This document shows, one piece after another, positions 28,173 through 37,070 of a DNA stretch of 64,000 bases; the stretch's first letter is position 1, and every line of letters starts with the position of its first letter. Source of the stretch: Patescibacteria group bacterium. Lineage in GTDB: Bacteria > Patescibacteriota > Minisyncoccia > Phycocordibacterales > UBA918. Below the pieces are notes generated by a model. The model saw only the letters and a program-made list of their open reading frames with translations. It searched no databases and was not told the DNA's origin. The translations under genes and the position numbers were made by a program. The stretch lies in the NCBI GenBank assembly GCA_039188945.1, contig JBCCYW010000001.1, positions 43,003 through 107,002 on the forward strand. The letters are read 5' to 3'.

Positions 28173-29011
28173 TGTCAGTTCTCATTACTAAAGCCGACGG
28201 CAACCAAGAACCTTTCAAGGAGGAGAAACTGAAGCATTCATTGCGTCGAGCTGGAGCACACAAAGATGAGATAGACTCGATTCTCGCTCAAGTAACCTCT
28301 GAACTTCATAACGGAATAACAACCCAAGAGATTTATCGTCGCGCCTTTGCTTTGTTACGTGAAAGCTCCGCTCCAGTACGAGCCCGTTATTCACTGCGCC
28401 GCGCTTTGTTTGGCTTAGGGCCAACCGGCTTTCCGTTTGAGACTTTTTTAGCTCGCCTGTTCGAGGCTGAGGGCTACACCACCAGTAACAGTAATATTCT
28501 GCAGGGCAAATGCGCTGAGCATGAAATTGATCTAGCGGCCTACCAGCCAGAGCATAGTTTCGTAGCCGAAGCCAAGTTCCATGCTCGGCCAGGCATTAAG
28601 TCTGATCTACAAGTGGCAATGTATTCGTATGCTCGATTGCTAGATCTTCAGGAGCAGAAAATATGTAACGAAGATATTTGTGGTATTCAAGAGTTCTGGA
28701 TCATTACCAATACTAAATTTACCAGTGCAGCGCGCAAGTATGGTGAATGTGTTGGACTTAATATGTTGAGTTGGGACTACCCTAAGACAGGAAATCTTCA
28801 CGATCTGATCCAAAAGCATGGCGTATACCCAATTACCGTTCTCCAAAGCCTTTCTTCAGCGCAAGCAGCGACCTTAATTGCACGAGATATTATTCTTTGT
28901 AGTGAGCTCATTCAAAACCACAAAATACTTCGGCATCTCCACATCAGTAAGCGAAAAACAGAGTCAATTTTGAATGAAGCGACTGCACTATGTCGAAAAA
29001 CTGAACAATAA
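28172..29011 (+). CDS. ATP-cone domain fused to an Mrr-type (PD-(D/E)xK) restriction-endonuclease-like domain
   Basis: N-terminus VLITKADGNQEPFKEEKLKHSLRRAG... matches the ATP-cone as in NrdR/RNR. Then FETFLARLFEAEGY...EIDLAAYQ...FVAEAKF is the Mrr_cat D...E.K core. The start overlaps the mnmA stop (ATGA). Confidence 0.65.
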   Translation: MSVLITKADGNQEPFKEEKLKHSLRRAGAHKDEIDSILAQVTSELHNGITTQEIYRRAFALLRESSAPVRARYSLRRALFGLGPTGFPFETFLARLFEAEGYTTSNSNILQGKCAEHEIDLAAYQPEHSFVAEAKFHARPGIKSDLQVAMYSYARLLDLQEQKICNEDICGIQEFWIITNTKFTSAARKYGECVGLNMLSWDYPKTGNLHDLIQKHGVYPITVLQSLSSAQAATLIARDIILCSELIQNHKILRHLHISKRKTESILNEATALCRKTEQ

Positions 29012-29096
29012 GCTTTTCTGACTGCTTTTTGTCAATAGATTCTTAAAAAACCCTTGTGATATAATCCCCGCATAGTAGATTATTCGAGTTTTTTGT

Positions 29097-29666
29097 ATGT
29101 CAGAAGTAGAAAATCAAGAAAAGCAAGAAGGACAAAAGACTGTTGTGGCCTTTGTGGTCGGTCTTCTCGTCGGTGGACTCCTCGTCTGGGTATTCTCAGC
29201 TCCGGGAGATATGCACAAGCACGATGATGATCGCAATAAAGACGAAGCAGCAGAAACAGGGGAAACTGTCGGGGAAGAAGTGGACTCTACTAACGAAACT
29301 GCAGAGGATCAGGTTGCCGAACCAGAAACTCCAGCGGTAGCAGCCTTACCAGTAGGCGACGGCAGTGTTGAAGTCGCTGACCAACCAGCCGGTACGAGCG
29401 TAGCATTGAGCGGTGCAACCTATCCGACCAGTGAAGGCTGGATCGGTGTGCGTGACTACGCAAATGGACAGCTCGCAGGATTGCTTGGTGTGGTTCGCTA
29501 CAGTGAGGAGCAAGGTCTTGTACCACAGGAAATTATCCTCCAACGAGCGACTGAAGCTGGCAATGAGTACGCTGTAGTCTTCTACACAGAGAGCGGCGAT
29601 CGACAGTTCAGTCTGGCAGACGATGTACAGATTGATGAAGTGTTCGCAACCTTCACGGCTCGATAA
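29097..29666 (+). CDS. Hypothetical membrane-anchored protein with an acidic low-complexity linker
   Basis: 189 aa. One TM helix (VVAFVVGLLVGGLLVWVF), then a D/E-rich stretch and a ~90-aa C-terminal domain. A strong extended -10 (TGTGATATAAT) lies at ~29056. Confidence 0.5.
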   Translation: MSEVENQEKQEGQKTVVAFVVGLLVGGLLVWVFSAPGDMHKHDDDRNKDEAAETGETVGEEVDSTNETAEDQVAEPETPAVAALPVGDGSVEVADQPAGTSVALSGATYPTSEGWIGVRDYANGQLAGLLGVVRYSEEQGLVPQEIILQRATEAGNEYAVVFYTESGDRQFSLADDVQIDEVFATFTAR

Positions 29667-29730
29667 TCACCAATTCTTGTTCAAAAAGCGCTCGTATATG
29701 GGCGTTTTTTGTGTGGTGTATACTGGTGCC

Positions 29731-30513
29731 ATGGCAGAATTTGTAAAGCGCTATAACCCTAACCGTAGTGCTGAATGGAACTATGGTGGCAGTAAGTGGA
29801 AATTGTCTCGCTCCAAGATTGATTTGTTTGTTGAGTGCCCACGTTGTTTTTATCTTGATAACAAACTAGGTACGAAACGACCTGGCTTTCCAGCATTTAA
29901 TCTCAACATCGCCGTCGACGAGTTATTTAAAAAGGAGTTCGATGAACATCGGAAAGCCGGAACACCACACCCCATAATGGAAGAGTATGGTATTGAGGCA
30001 GTGCCGTTTGCCCACAACGATCTTGATGCCTGGCGAGACAACTTTACGGGCATCACCTATACCGAACCAGAAACTGGACTTACGGTAAGTGGGGCGGTGG
30101 ATGATATTTGGGTGACTCCACAAGAGACGCTCATTATTGTTGATTATAAATCAACGTCTAAAGAGGGTCGTATTGAAGCCCTGGGCGACAGTCCTTGGGA
30201 GCAGCAATACACCAGACAGCTTGGTGTCTACCGTTGGCTCTTAGAACAAAATGGCTTCACTGTTGAAACGACTGGTTATTTGATATATGCAAACGCTAGT
30301 AAGGCTGAGGTTGGCTTCAATAATCAGCTCACATTCGAAACCACCTTGGTATCAGTTGAAACGACGACGGACTGGATACGAGACACGCTAGTAGAAATTA
30401 AAGATAGCTTAGAAAAAGAGCATATCCCGGCATCCGGACCGACGTGTGAATATTGTCCGTATCGCGAAGCCGCCGGTAAAAAGCTGTTAACCATCCACAA
30501 TAAACTAAAATAA
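29731..30513 (+). CDS. PD-(D/E)xK nuclease with a Cas4/AddB-like Cys cluster (putative Fe-S nuclease)
   Basis: N-terminal CPRCFYL. Core IIVDYKST (D-x-K). C-terminal CEYCPYREA. This is the Cas4/RecB-family architecture. Confidence 0.6.
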   Translation: MAEFVKRYNPNRSAEWNYGGSKWKLSRSKIDLFVECPRCFYLDNKLGTKRPGFPAFNLNIAVDELFKKEFDEHRKAGTPHPIMEEYGIEAVPFAHNDLDAWRDNFTGITYTEPETGLTVSGAVDDIWVTPQETLIIVDYKSTSKEGRIEALGDSPWEQQYTRQLGVYRWLLEQNGFTVETTGYLIYANASKAEVGFNNQLTFETTLVSVETTTDWIRDTLVEIKDSLEKEHIPASGPTCEYCPYREAAGKKLLTIHNKLK

Positions 30514-30514
30514 T

Positions 30515-30778
30515 ATGAGTAATTTTTCTGATCAGGTAAAACAAGTGGTTGCAAAGATTCCTAAGGGCCAGGTTATGACCTATAGTGAAGTAGCTAAGCG
30601 AGCTGGTTCACCAAAAGCCGCGCGGGCTGTCGCTAACCTCATGGCCAAAAACTATGATCCAGCAATTCCTTGTCACCGAGTGATTAGAACAGATGGTTCC
30701 CTAGGAGGCTATAACCGCGGCGGGGTAGAGAAAAAGCGTGCTATATTACAAGCTGAAGGAGCTGTCTTATGGAAGTAA
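30515..30778 (+). CDS. MGMT-family protein (methylated-DNA-protein-cysteine methyltransferase DNA-binding/active-site domain only)
   Basis: 87 aa. Active-site motif PCHRVI. Start is 1 nt after the nuclease stop. Confidence 0.75.
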   Translation: MSNFSDQVKQVVAKIPKGQVMTYSEVAKRAGSPKAARAVANLMAKNYDPAIPCHRVIRTDGSLGGYNRGGVEKKRAILQAEGAVLWK

Positions 30779-31071
30779 ATCAAGCCAAACAAGCACTTGA
30801 GAGAGCTCGAGAAAAGTTACAAGACGCAGATACAGAAAAAAATGCGTTAGCTACGAAGTTACGAGAACTACAACAAGATCGTACGCATAAAGTAGCCGAG
30901 TTAACTGATAAGCATCGAATTGAGATGGATCGATTGACTGACCGCTTTGATAATGAGGTTCGCCGCCTCGACGGTGAGGTTAGACAAGCAGAGACTAAAG
31001 TTCGTCGTACGCAGGGCGAAGTAGAATCTCGTGAGCGTGATGTGCAGGACGCCGAACGACATGCTGCCTAA
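30769..31071 (+). CDS. Hypothetical coiled-coil protein
   Basis: 100 aa, Glu/Arg/Gln-rich heptad-like sequence. Overlaps the MGMT gene stop by 10 nt. Confidence 0.4.
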   Translation: MEVNQAKQALERAREKLQDADTEKNALATKLRELQQDRTHKVAELTDKHRIEMDRLTDRFDNEVRRLDGEVRQAETKVRRTQGEVESRERDVQDAERHAA

Positions 31072-31080
31072 AAAATAACT

Positions 31081-31677
31081 ATGTATACCTACAGAATTGA
31101 ACAAGCTATTCGCGCTGCGGCTGTCTTGCATAAAGATCAGTTGCGAAAAGGATCAATGCCCTTTCCGTTTATTACACACATCATGTCGACCGTCATGATC
31201 CTGCGTGATTATACTGACGACGAAGATACACTGGTAGCTGCTTTACTGCATGATACTCTCGAAGATACCGACTACACAGCCGAGGAACTACAGGAAGACT
31301 TCGGCGGGAAAGTACTGGATATTGTTCTTGCGCTATCCGAACCACGCACAGACAGTGAGAACAAAGTTTCGTTTAAAGACAGGAAAAAACAGTACGCTAA
31401 GCAGCTTAAAAAAGCTCCTCAAGAGGCTCTCTTAATTGCTGCTGCAGATAAAAGCCATAATTTTAGAACAATTGTTGAAGAGTACTATGAAGATCCGCTT
31501 CGCTTTACCAAAGATTTTGGCAACATTATTGAAGATCGCCTAGAGGCATATCAAGAAATCGCTAACGTTATCAATTCACGTCTAAAAAGTGATATAGTAG
31601 CGGAGTTTAATCACGTCTTTGAGGAATATAAAAACTTTATCTACGATGTCAAAAAAGCAACCGAGCAACAGTTTTAA
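31081..31677 (+). CDS. Rel/SpoT-type HD-domain hydrolase (small alarmone hydrolase-like)
   Basis: H..Q.R.....PFITHIMSTVMIL......DEDTLVAALLHDTLEDT matches the (p)ppGpp hydrolase HD domain. 198 aa with no synthetase domain. Confidence 0.7.
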   Translation: MYTYRIEQAIRAAAVLHKDQLRKGSMPFPFITHIMSTVMILRDYTDDEDTLVAALLHDTLEDTDYTAEELQEDFGGKVLDIVLALSEPRTDSENKVSFKDRKKQYAKQLKKAPQEALLIAAADKSHNFRTIVEEYYEDPLRFTKDFGNIIEDRLEAYQEIANVINSRLKSDIVAEFNHVFEEYKNFIYDVKKATEQQF

Positions 31678-33460
31678 ATACACTCCAACTCAGAAACTAT
31701 CAAAATTAGGTAAGGTGAAAACTGAATGGGATCTTAAGAATTTGTTCTATACAAGACCGAACGATACCCGAATCAAAACAATTGTTAATGCCCTTGAAAA
31801 AAAATATATTGCATTTGCGAAGAAGCATCAGAAACTTGCTTTTACAAAGAGCGATAAAGCTTTGCTTGCCAGCTTGCGTGAATATAAACGATTGGCTAAT
31901 TCAGACATGCATAAAGTGTTTATTTATCTATTTCTGGCTCGCGAAAAGAATGCTAGCGACACAGTAGCTGAACAAATCATCAATGTGCTCGAGCAACGGG
32001 TTACAAAATTCACAAACCATATAATCTTTTACACTTTAGCGATTGGAAAACTGCCAAAACAAAGACAGAAATCAATTTTGGCTAACAGTGACTTTAGAGA
32101 ATACCGCTTCTTACTACAAGGCATCTTTGAATCTGCAAAGTACAACTTGTCGGAGGCAGAAGAGAAAATTCTCAGTCTCAAGGCAATGACGTCACGCGGC
32201 CTCTGGATCGCAGGAACCGAAAAAATACTCAACAAGGCTACCGTCTTGGTTGATAAACAAGACATTCCACTTAACGGAGCACTGATGGAAATGATTGATG
32301 CTCCACAACCTCGTCGTGGCAAACTCTGGAAAGCATGTAGTGCAAAATTGAAAGAAATTGGACCTATTGCCGAGAACGAATTGACTGCATTAATTTTAGA
32401 TAAGAAGATTTCGGATGAGTTACGAGGTTACGAAAAACCGTATTCAGCGACCGTTCGATCTTTTGATACAACCGAAAAGAGTCTCGAGGCTCTTACAGAC
32501 TCTGTTGTACATAGAGGATATGCTGCAGCCAAAAAGTACTACACTCTCAAGAAAAAAATTTACGGGAAACAATTGGATTACATTGATCGTGATGATTTTC
32601 CAAAGCGATTACCGCCGGTTGATTTCAAACAAGCAGTTACTATCTGTCGCGATGGCTTCTATGGTTTTAACCCGATATACGGTGAGATTTTTGATGAAAT
32701 GCTAGAAGGTGGACATATCGATGTATACCCTAAAAAAGGTAAGGGTGGCGGGGCATTTTGCATCAGTGCAACAAACAGTCCAACTATGGTTATGCTCAAT
32801 CATTCCAGTGATTTCGGTTCTGTTCGTACGTTAGCACATGAGATGGGACATGCTATTCATGGCTACCGAAGCAAAAAACAAGGTGTACTTTACGACGATC
32901 ATTCCGTTCTTACCGCAGAAACTGCTAGTACATTCTTTGAAGCAGTCATCGGTGAGTCGCTGATGAAGCAAATGACTGATACAGAACGTACAATTTATCT
33001 TAATTCACTTATCAGCGACAAAATCGCTACGATGGTTCTCTGTATTGCTCGCTATCGAGCTGAACTAGAAATGCATGAAACGATTCGACTGAAAGGATCA
33101 ATGACATGGCAAGAGATGTCACAGGTACTAGCAAAACACTTGAAAGCACACTGTGGTTCTGCAATCAAAATCACTGATGACGATGGCTTATCAGTTATTG
33201 CAAAAACTCATTATCGACGCAATTTCTATCAGTTCAGCTATTCTTTTGGTGTCATTGTCAGCTCAATAATGTTTAAACGCTGTCTTGAGGATGCAACTTA
33301 CAAAGATCAGGTTGATACGTTCCTCTGCGCTGGTGAAAAAGATACGGTTGAAAACATTTTTAAGGAAATCGGTATCGACACTACTAAACCTGCTGTGTTC
33401 AATGAAGGTATTGAAATGTTAGAAAATGAGATAGCTCAATTAGAGAAACTCACAAAGTAA
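31646..33460 (+). CDS. pepF: Oligoendopeptidase F (M3 family metallopeptidase)
   Basis: Zinc motif HEMGHAIHG. ~600 aa. The start is ambiguous and overlaps the upstream gene. Confidence 0.85.
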   Translation: MSKKQPSNSFKYTPTQKLSKLGKVKTEWDLKNLFYTRPNDTRIKTIVNALEKKYIAFAKKHQKLAFTKSDKALLASLREYKRLANSDMHKVFIYLFLAREKNASDTVAEQIINVLEQRVTKFTNHIIFYTLAIGKLPKQRQKSILANSDFREYRFLLQGIFESAKYNLSEAEEKILSLKAMTSRGLWIAGTEKILNKATVLVDKQDIPLNGALMEMIDAPQPRRGKLWKACSAKLKEIGPIAENELTALILDKKISDELRGYEKPYSATVRSFDTTEKSLEALTDSVVHRGYAAAKKYYTLKKKIYGKQLDYIDRDDFPKRLPPVDFKQAVTICRDGFYGFNPIYGEIFDEMLEGGHIDVYPKKGKGGGAFCISATNSPTMVMLNHSSDFGSVRTLAHEMGHAIHGYRSKKQGVLYDDHSVLTAETASTFFEAVIGESLMKQMTDTERTIYLNSLISDKIATMVLCIARYRAELEMHETIRLKGSMTWQEMSQVLAKHLKAHCGSAIKITDDDGLSVIAKTHYRRNFYQFSYSFGVIVSSIMFKRCLEDATYKDQVDTFLCAGEKDTVENIFKEIGIDTTKPAVFNEGIEMLENEIAQLEKLTK

Positions 33461-33498
33461 TATCTATACATTAAACTAACGTGGCATAATACACATGT

Positions 33499-33774
33499 AT
33501 GAACTTACTCTTTTGGGGACTGACAATTAGCGTAATTGGCAAGGTACTCTTGGCAATCGGTGTTTTGTGGGCGCATCGAGAATTAGCGATTGAGGGCAAA
33601 ATCGACAAGGAAGTGATTCGCTCTTTTACCCTTGAGCGTTGGTTAACTATCATTGGGCTTCTACTGATTGTGTTGGGATACGCAATGGAGATCTACTTCT
33701 ACGGCTTTACACCATTTCTCACCTGTGAAGGTTTTGATTGTATGAGCGCAGTCTCTGGCTCTATTTCACAATAA
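33499..33774 (+). CDS. Small membrane protein, hypothetical
   Basis: 91 aa with 2-3 TM helices. Confidence 0.35.
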   Translation: MNLLFWGLTISVIGKVLLAIGVLWAHRELAIEGKIDKEVIRSFTLERWLTIIGLLLIVLGYAMEIYFYGFTPFLTCEGFDCMSAVSGSISQ

Positions 33775-33815
33775 AATCTAATTTGCTATAGTGGCTGACG
33801 TTAGCAACTGCTTTT

Positions 33816-35762
33816 ATGACTGGAAACGAAATCCGAAAGAAATACCTAGCTTTTATGGCTGCTCGTGAGCACGCAGTAGTTCCGTCTGCAGCACTTGTGC
33901 CAGAAAATGACCCAACCACCCTCTTTACCGGAAGTGGTATGCAACCTCTCGTACCGTATCTATTAGGAGAAATCCATCCAAAAGGTACGCGAATTGTCGA
34001 CTCACAAAAATGTTTTCGAGCCGAAGATATTGAAGAAGTCGGGGACACGAGTCATACGACATTCTTTGAAATGCTCGGTAACTGGTCGTTAGGTGACTAT
34101 TTCAAAAAAGAACAGATTCCTTGGATCGCTAGTTTTTACCTTGATGAAGTTCGTCTTGACCCTGAGCGCTTCTACGTAACTGTCTTTGCTGGAGACGAAG
34201 CCGCTGGCGTACCAAAAGATGAAGAAGCGGCGCTTATTTGGCAAGAGGAGTTTAAAAAACGTGGTTTGAGTCACGGTATTGCATATATGGGAAGTGCTGT
34301 GGAGGCAGCCAAACGAGGTATGAAAGAAGGGGAGCGGATTTTCTACTACGATGCTAAAGAGAACTGGTGGAGCCGCGCTGGTGTACCAGAGAATATGCCG
34401 GTAGGAGAAATTGGTGGGGGAGATAGTGAGATGTTTTTTGATTTTGGCGTGACCCCAAACCCAGACGCCCTTGAGCCGTGCCAGCACGACCACCCAGCTA
34501 GTGATACGGGCCGCTTTATGGAAATCGGCAACTCAGTCTTCATGGAATACATCAAGACCGAAAATGGTTTTGAACCACTGCCGGCTCAGAACGTGGACTT
34601 TGGTGGTGGGCTAGAACGCATCGCTGCAGCTTCTATCAATTCTCCTGATGTGTATAAAGTAGATTTGCTCTGGAATGTTATTGAACAAATCCAGAAGCTT
34701 TCAGGTAAGCAGTATGAAGACGACTTAGAAGCGTTTCGAGTGATTACGGATCATATTCGGGGCGCAGTGTTTATGATTGGTGATGGCGTCCTGCCCAGTA
34801 ATACCGAACAAGGCTACTTTGTACGTCGCTTACTTCGTCGTAGTGTTCGTTATGCCGATAAGCTAGGTATTCCAGCGGGAGAATTCAAGAATCTGGCAGA
34901 AAGTGTGATTACCACCTACGAAGGCCACTACACAAACCTGGGCGAAAAGAGAAACGTAATCAAAGACGCTATTCAGGGCGAAGAAGAACAGTTCCGAAAA
35001 ACACTCGAGAAAGGCCTCAAACAATTCAATAAAATTGGTCTTCAACTCCATATCACTTCTGAACAAATCAAACAAGCTCAAGAAACCAAAGAGAAAATTA
35101 CGCCAGATGTAACCAAAGCAATTACGGCAGAAAATGCATTTGAACTTTTTGCGACCTATGGGTTTCCGATTGAACTCACTGAAGAAATTGCTACCGAAAA
35201 AGGTCTGGTGGTTGACCGACCAGGCTTCAAGAAACTCATGGAAGAGCATCGTGAGAAGTCGCGGGCCGGAGCCGAGCAGAAGTTTAAAGGTGGTTTGGCT
35301 GATCAATCGGAAAAGGTGGTGCAGTATCATACCGCGACCCATCTCATGCTAGCTGGATTACGGAAGTATGTGGGCGATCATGTTCACCAAGCTGGCTCAA
35401 ACATTACAGGAGAGCGATTACGCTTTGACTTCACAAATGGAGAAAAAGTGGAGCGAGAAACCCTTGATAAAATCGAAGGCTTCGTAAATGATGCGCTACA
35501 AACTGGTGGAGAAGTGACCATTGAAACTATGCCTAAAACCGATGCTGAGAATGACCCAACGGTTGAAGGTAGTTTCTGGGATCGATATCCTGACGAGGTA
35601 AAGGTCTACACCATGACAGGCTCCGACGGCACCGTGTACTCTCGTGAGCTCTGCGGCGGCCCACATGTCGAAAACCTCTCTGAAGTCGAAGGAACCTTCA
35701 AAATCACTAAAGAAGAATCGTCTTCAGCAGGAGTACGGCGTATTAAAGCTATCTTGCAGTAA
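33816..35762 (+). CDS. alaS: Alanyl-tRNA synthetase, short form lacking the C-terminal C-Ala domain
   Basis: Catalytic core (DPTTLFTGSGMQP). Editing-domain Zn motif HTATHLM ... CGGPHV. Only 648 aa. Confidence 0.9.
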   Translation: MTGNEIRKKYLAFMAAREHAVVPSAALVPENDPTTLFTGSGMQPLVPYLLGEIHPKGTRIVDSQKCFRAEDIEEVGDTSHTTFFEMLGNWSLGDYFKKEQIPWIASFYLDEVRLDPERFYVTVFAGDEAAGVPKDEEAALIWQEEFKKRGLSHGIAYMGSAVEAAKRGMKEGERIFYYDAKENWWSRAGVPENMPVGEIGGGDSEMFFDFGVTPNPDALEPCQHDHPASDTGRFMEIGNSVFMEYIKTENGFEPLPAQNVDFGGGLERIAAASINSPDVYKVDLLWNVIEQIQKLSGKQYEDDLEAFRVITDHIRGAVFMIGDGVLPSNTEQGYFVRRLLRRSVRYADKLGIPAGEFKNLAESVITTYEGHYTNLGEKRNVIKDAIQGEEEQFRKTLEKGLKQFNKIGLQLHITSEQIKQAQETKEKITPDVTKAITAENAFELFATYGFPIELTEEIATEKGLVVDRPGFKKLMEEHREKSRAGAEQKFKGGLADQSEKVVQYHTATHLMLAGLRKYVGDHVHQAGSNITGERLRFDFTNGEKVERETLDKIEGFVNDALQTGGEVTIETMPKTDAENDPTVEGSFWDRYPDEVKVYTMTGSDGTVYSRELCGGPHVENLSEVEGTFKITKEESSSAGVRRIKAILQ

Positions 35763-35816
35763 CTATCCCCGGAGTCAGAATTACTGGCCTGTAAGTAAAG
35801 ATATACTAATAGGAAT

Positions 35817-37046
35817 ATGGGACTCTTTTCCTCTGGCACTTCTGATGTGCGCTATGGAGCGATTGTTGATGTTGGCTCTGGCAGTGTGTTGGTATCAATC
35901 ATTAAATCTGACATAGCAAGTGATCATCCTGAAGTTGTGTGGTCAAAGCGTGAGTATGTGCTCCTAAAAGATACCGTTACCGTTCAACAAGGAGCCAAGA
36001 ATATTCTGACAGCACTTATGAACGGTATTTTGGCACTAGGTAAGGAGGGAATCGCAACCCTGAAGCAAACTGAAGGAACTACAAAAATCGGGCAGATTCA
36101 ATTCAGCATCTCTGCTCCTTGGTCATACACTATTTCAAAAACAGTCAATTTTACTGATGATGCTGAATTTGAGATTACCAAAACTCTCATTGCTGAACTC
36201 ACTGAAGCAGCTCAAAAGAAAACCCTTGAGGAACTCAAGGGAAATGAGATCACTGAGCTTCTGGGGCTCGAAATTATCGCCCGCACCACTACCGACCTTA
36301 TAGCTAACGGTTACCGTACTGAGCAGCCGTATGGCCAGCAAACCAAGAAATTATCCTTAGCTCATGTGAGCGCTGTTGCACAACAAGATCTGATTGAGGC
36401 GCTGGGCCAGGCGCAAGAAAAGATTATGCCTCGTGCCCAGGTTGAGAAGTTTTCATTCATGCTGGTGTACTACTGTGTCATGCGTGAACTGTATCCAACC
36501 GCAACTGAGTTTTGTTTGGTGGATGTAACGTTTGAAGCAACTGAAATCGCTATCATCAGAGATGGAATTTTCAAATACAGCACACATGCGCCATACGGAT
36601 CGTACACACTGGCACGAGAACTCTCAGAAGCACTGCAAATACCAAAAGAAGAAGCGTTTTCACTGCTGAAAAAACCACACGAGCAGTGTGTTGAAGAGCT
36701 GCCAGCAAGCAAACGAGAAGCATTTCAGAAAGTCATACGCGGGTATCAGCAACTGATAACTGACCTTTTCAAGCAAACTGGAGATGCACTGACTATTCCG
36801 AAAACAATTTACCTGCACGCTGACCTATATACAGAAATGTTTTTCCACAACAGTATAGATCTCGCAGCCCAAGAAGCGACTCGCGGCTCGCATATTATTC
36901 ATGAAGTAACCAGTGAACTACTCACCAAAAACTATCGGCCAGAAGAGAAAAAGGCCCTTAAAAAAGACCTCGTTGACACGGCTTTGCTCATTTCGGCCCA
37001 ATTTTTCCACAAACAACACCATTGTAAGGATTTTGAACAACTTTAA
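35817..37046 (+). CDS. Actin-like (ASKHA-fold) ATPase, FtsA/PilM/Ppx-like; hypothetical
   Basis: Phosphate-1-like motif GAIVDVGSGSVLVSIIKS near the N-terminus. 409 aa. Confidence 0.4.
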   Translation: MGLFSSGTSDVRYGAIVDVGSGSVLVSIIKSDIASDHPEVVWSKREYVLLKDTVTVQQGAKNILTALMNGILALGKEGIATLKQTEGTTKIGQIQFSISAPWSYTISKTVNFTDDAEFEITKTLIAELTEAAQKKTLEELKGNEITELLGLEIIARTTTDLIANGYRTEQPYGQQTKKLSLAHVSAVAQQDLIEALGQAQEKIMPRAQVEKFSFMLVYYCVMRELYPTATEFCLVDVTFEATEIAIIRDGIFKYSTHAPYGSYTLARELSEALQIPKEEAFSLLKKPHEQCVEELPASKREAFQKVIRGYQQLITDLFKQTGDALTIPKTIYLHADLYTEMFFHNSIDLAAQEATRGSHIIHEVTSELLTKNYRPEEKKALKKDLVDTALLISAQFFHKQHHCKDFEQL

Positions 37047-37070
37047 GAGCTATACTACAATAACAACGTT

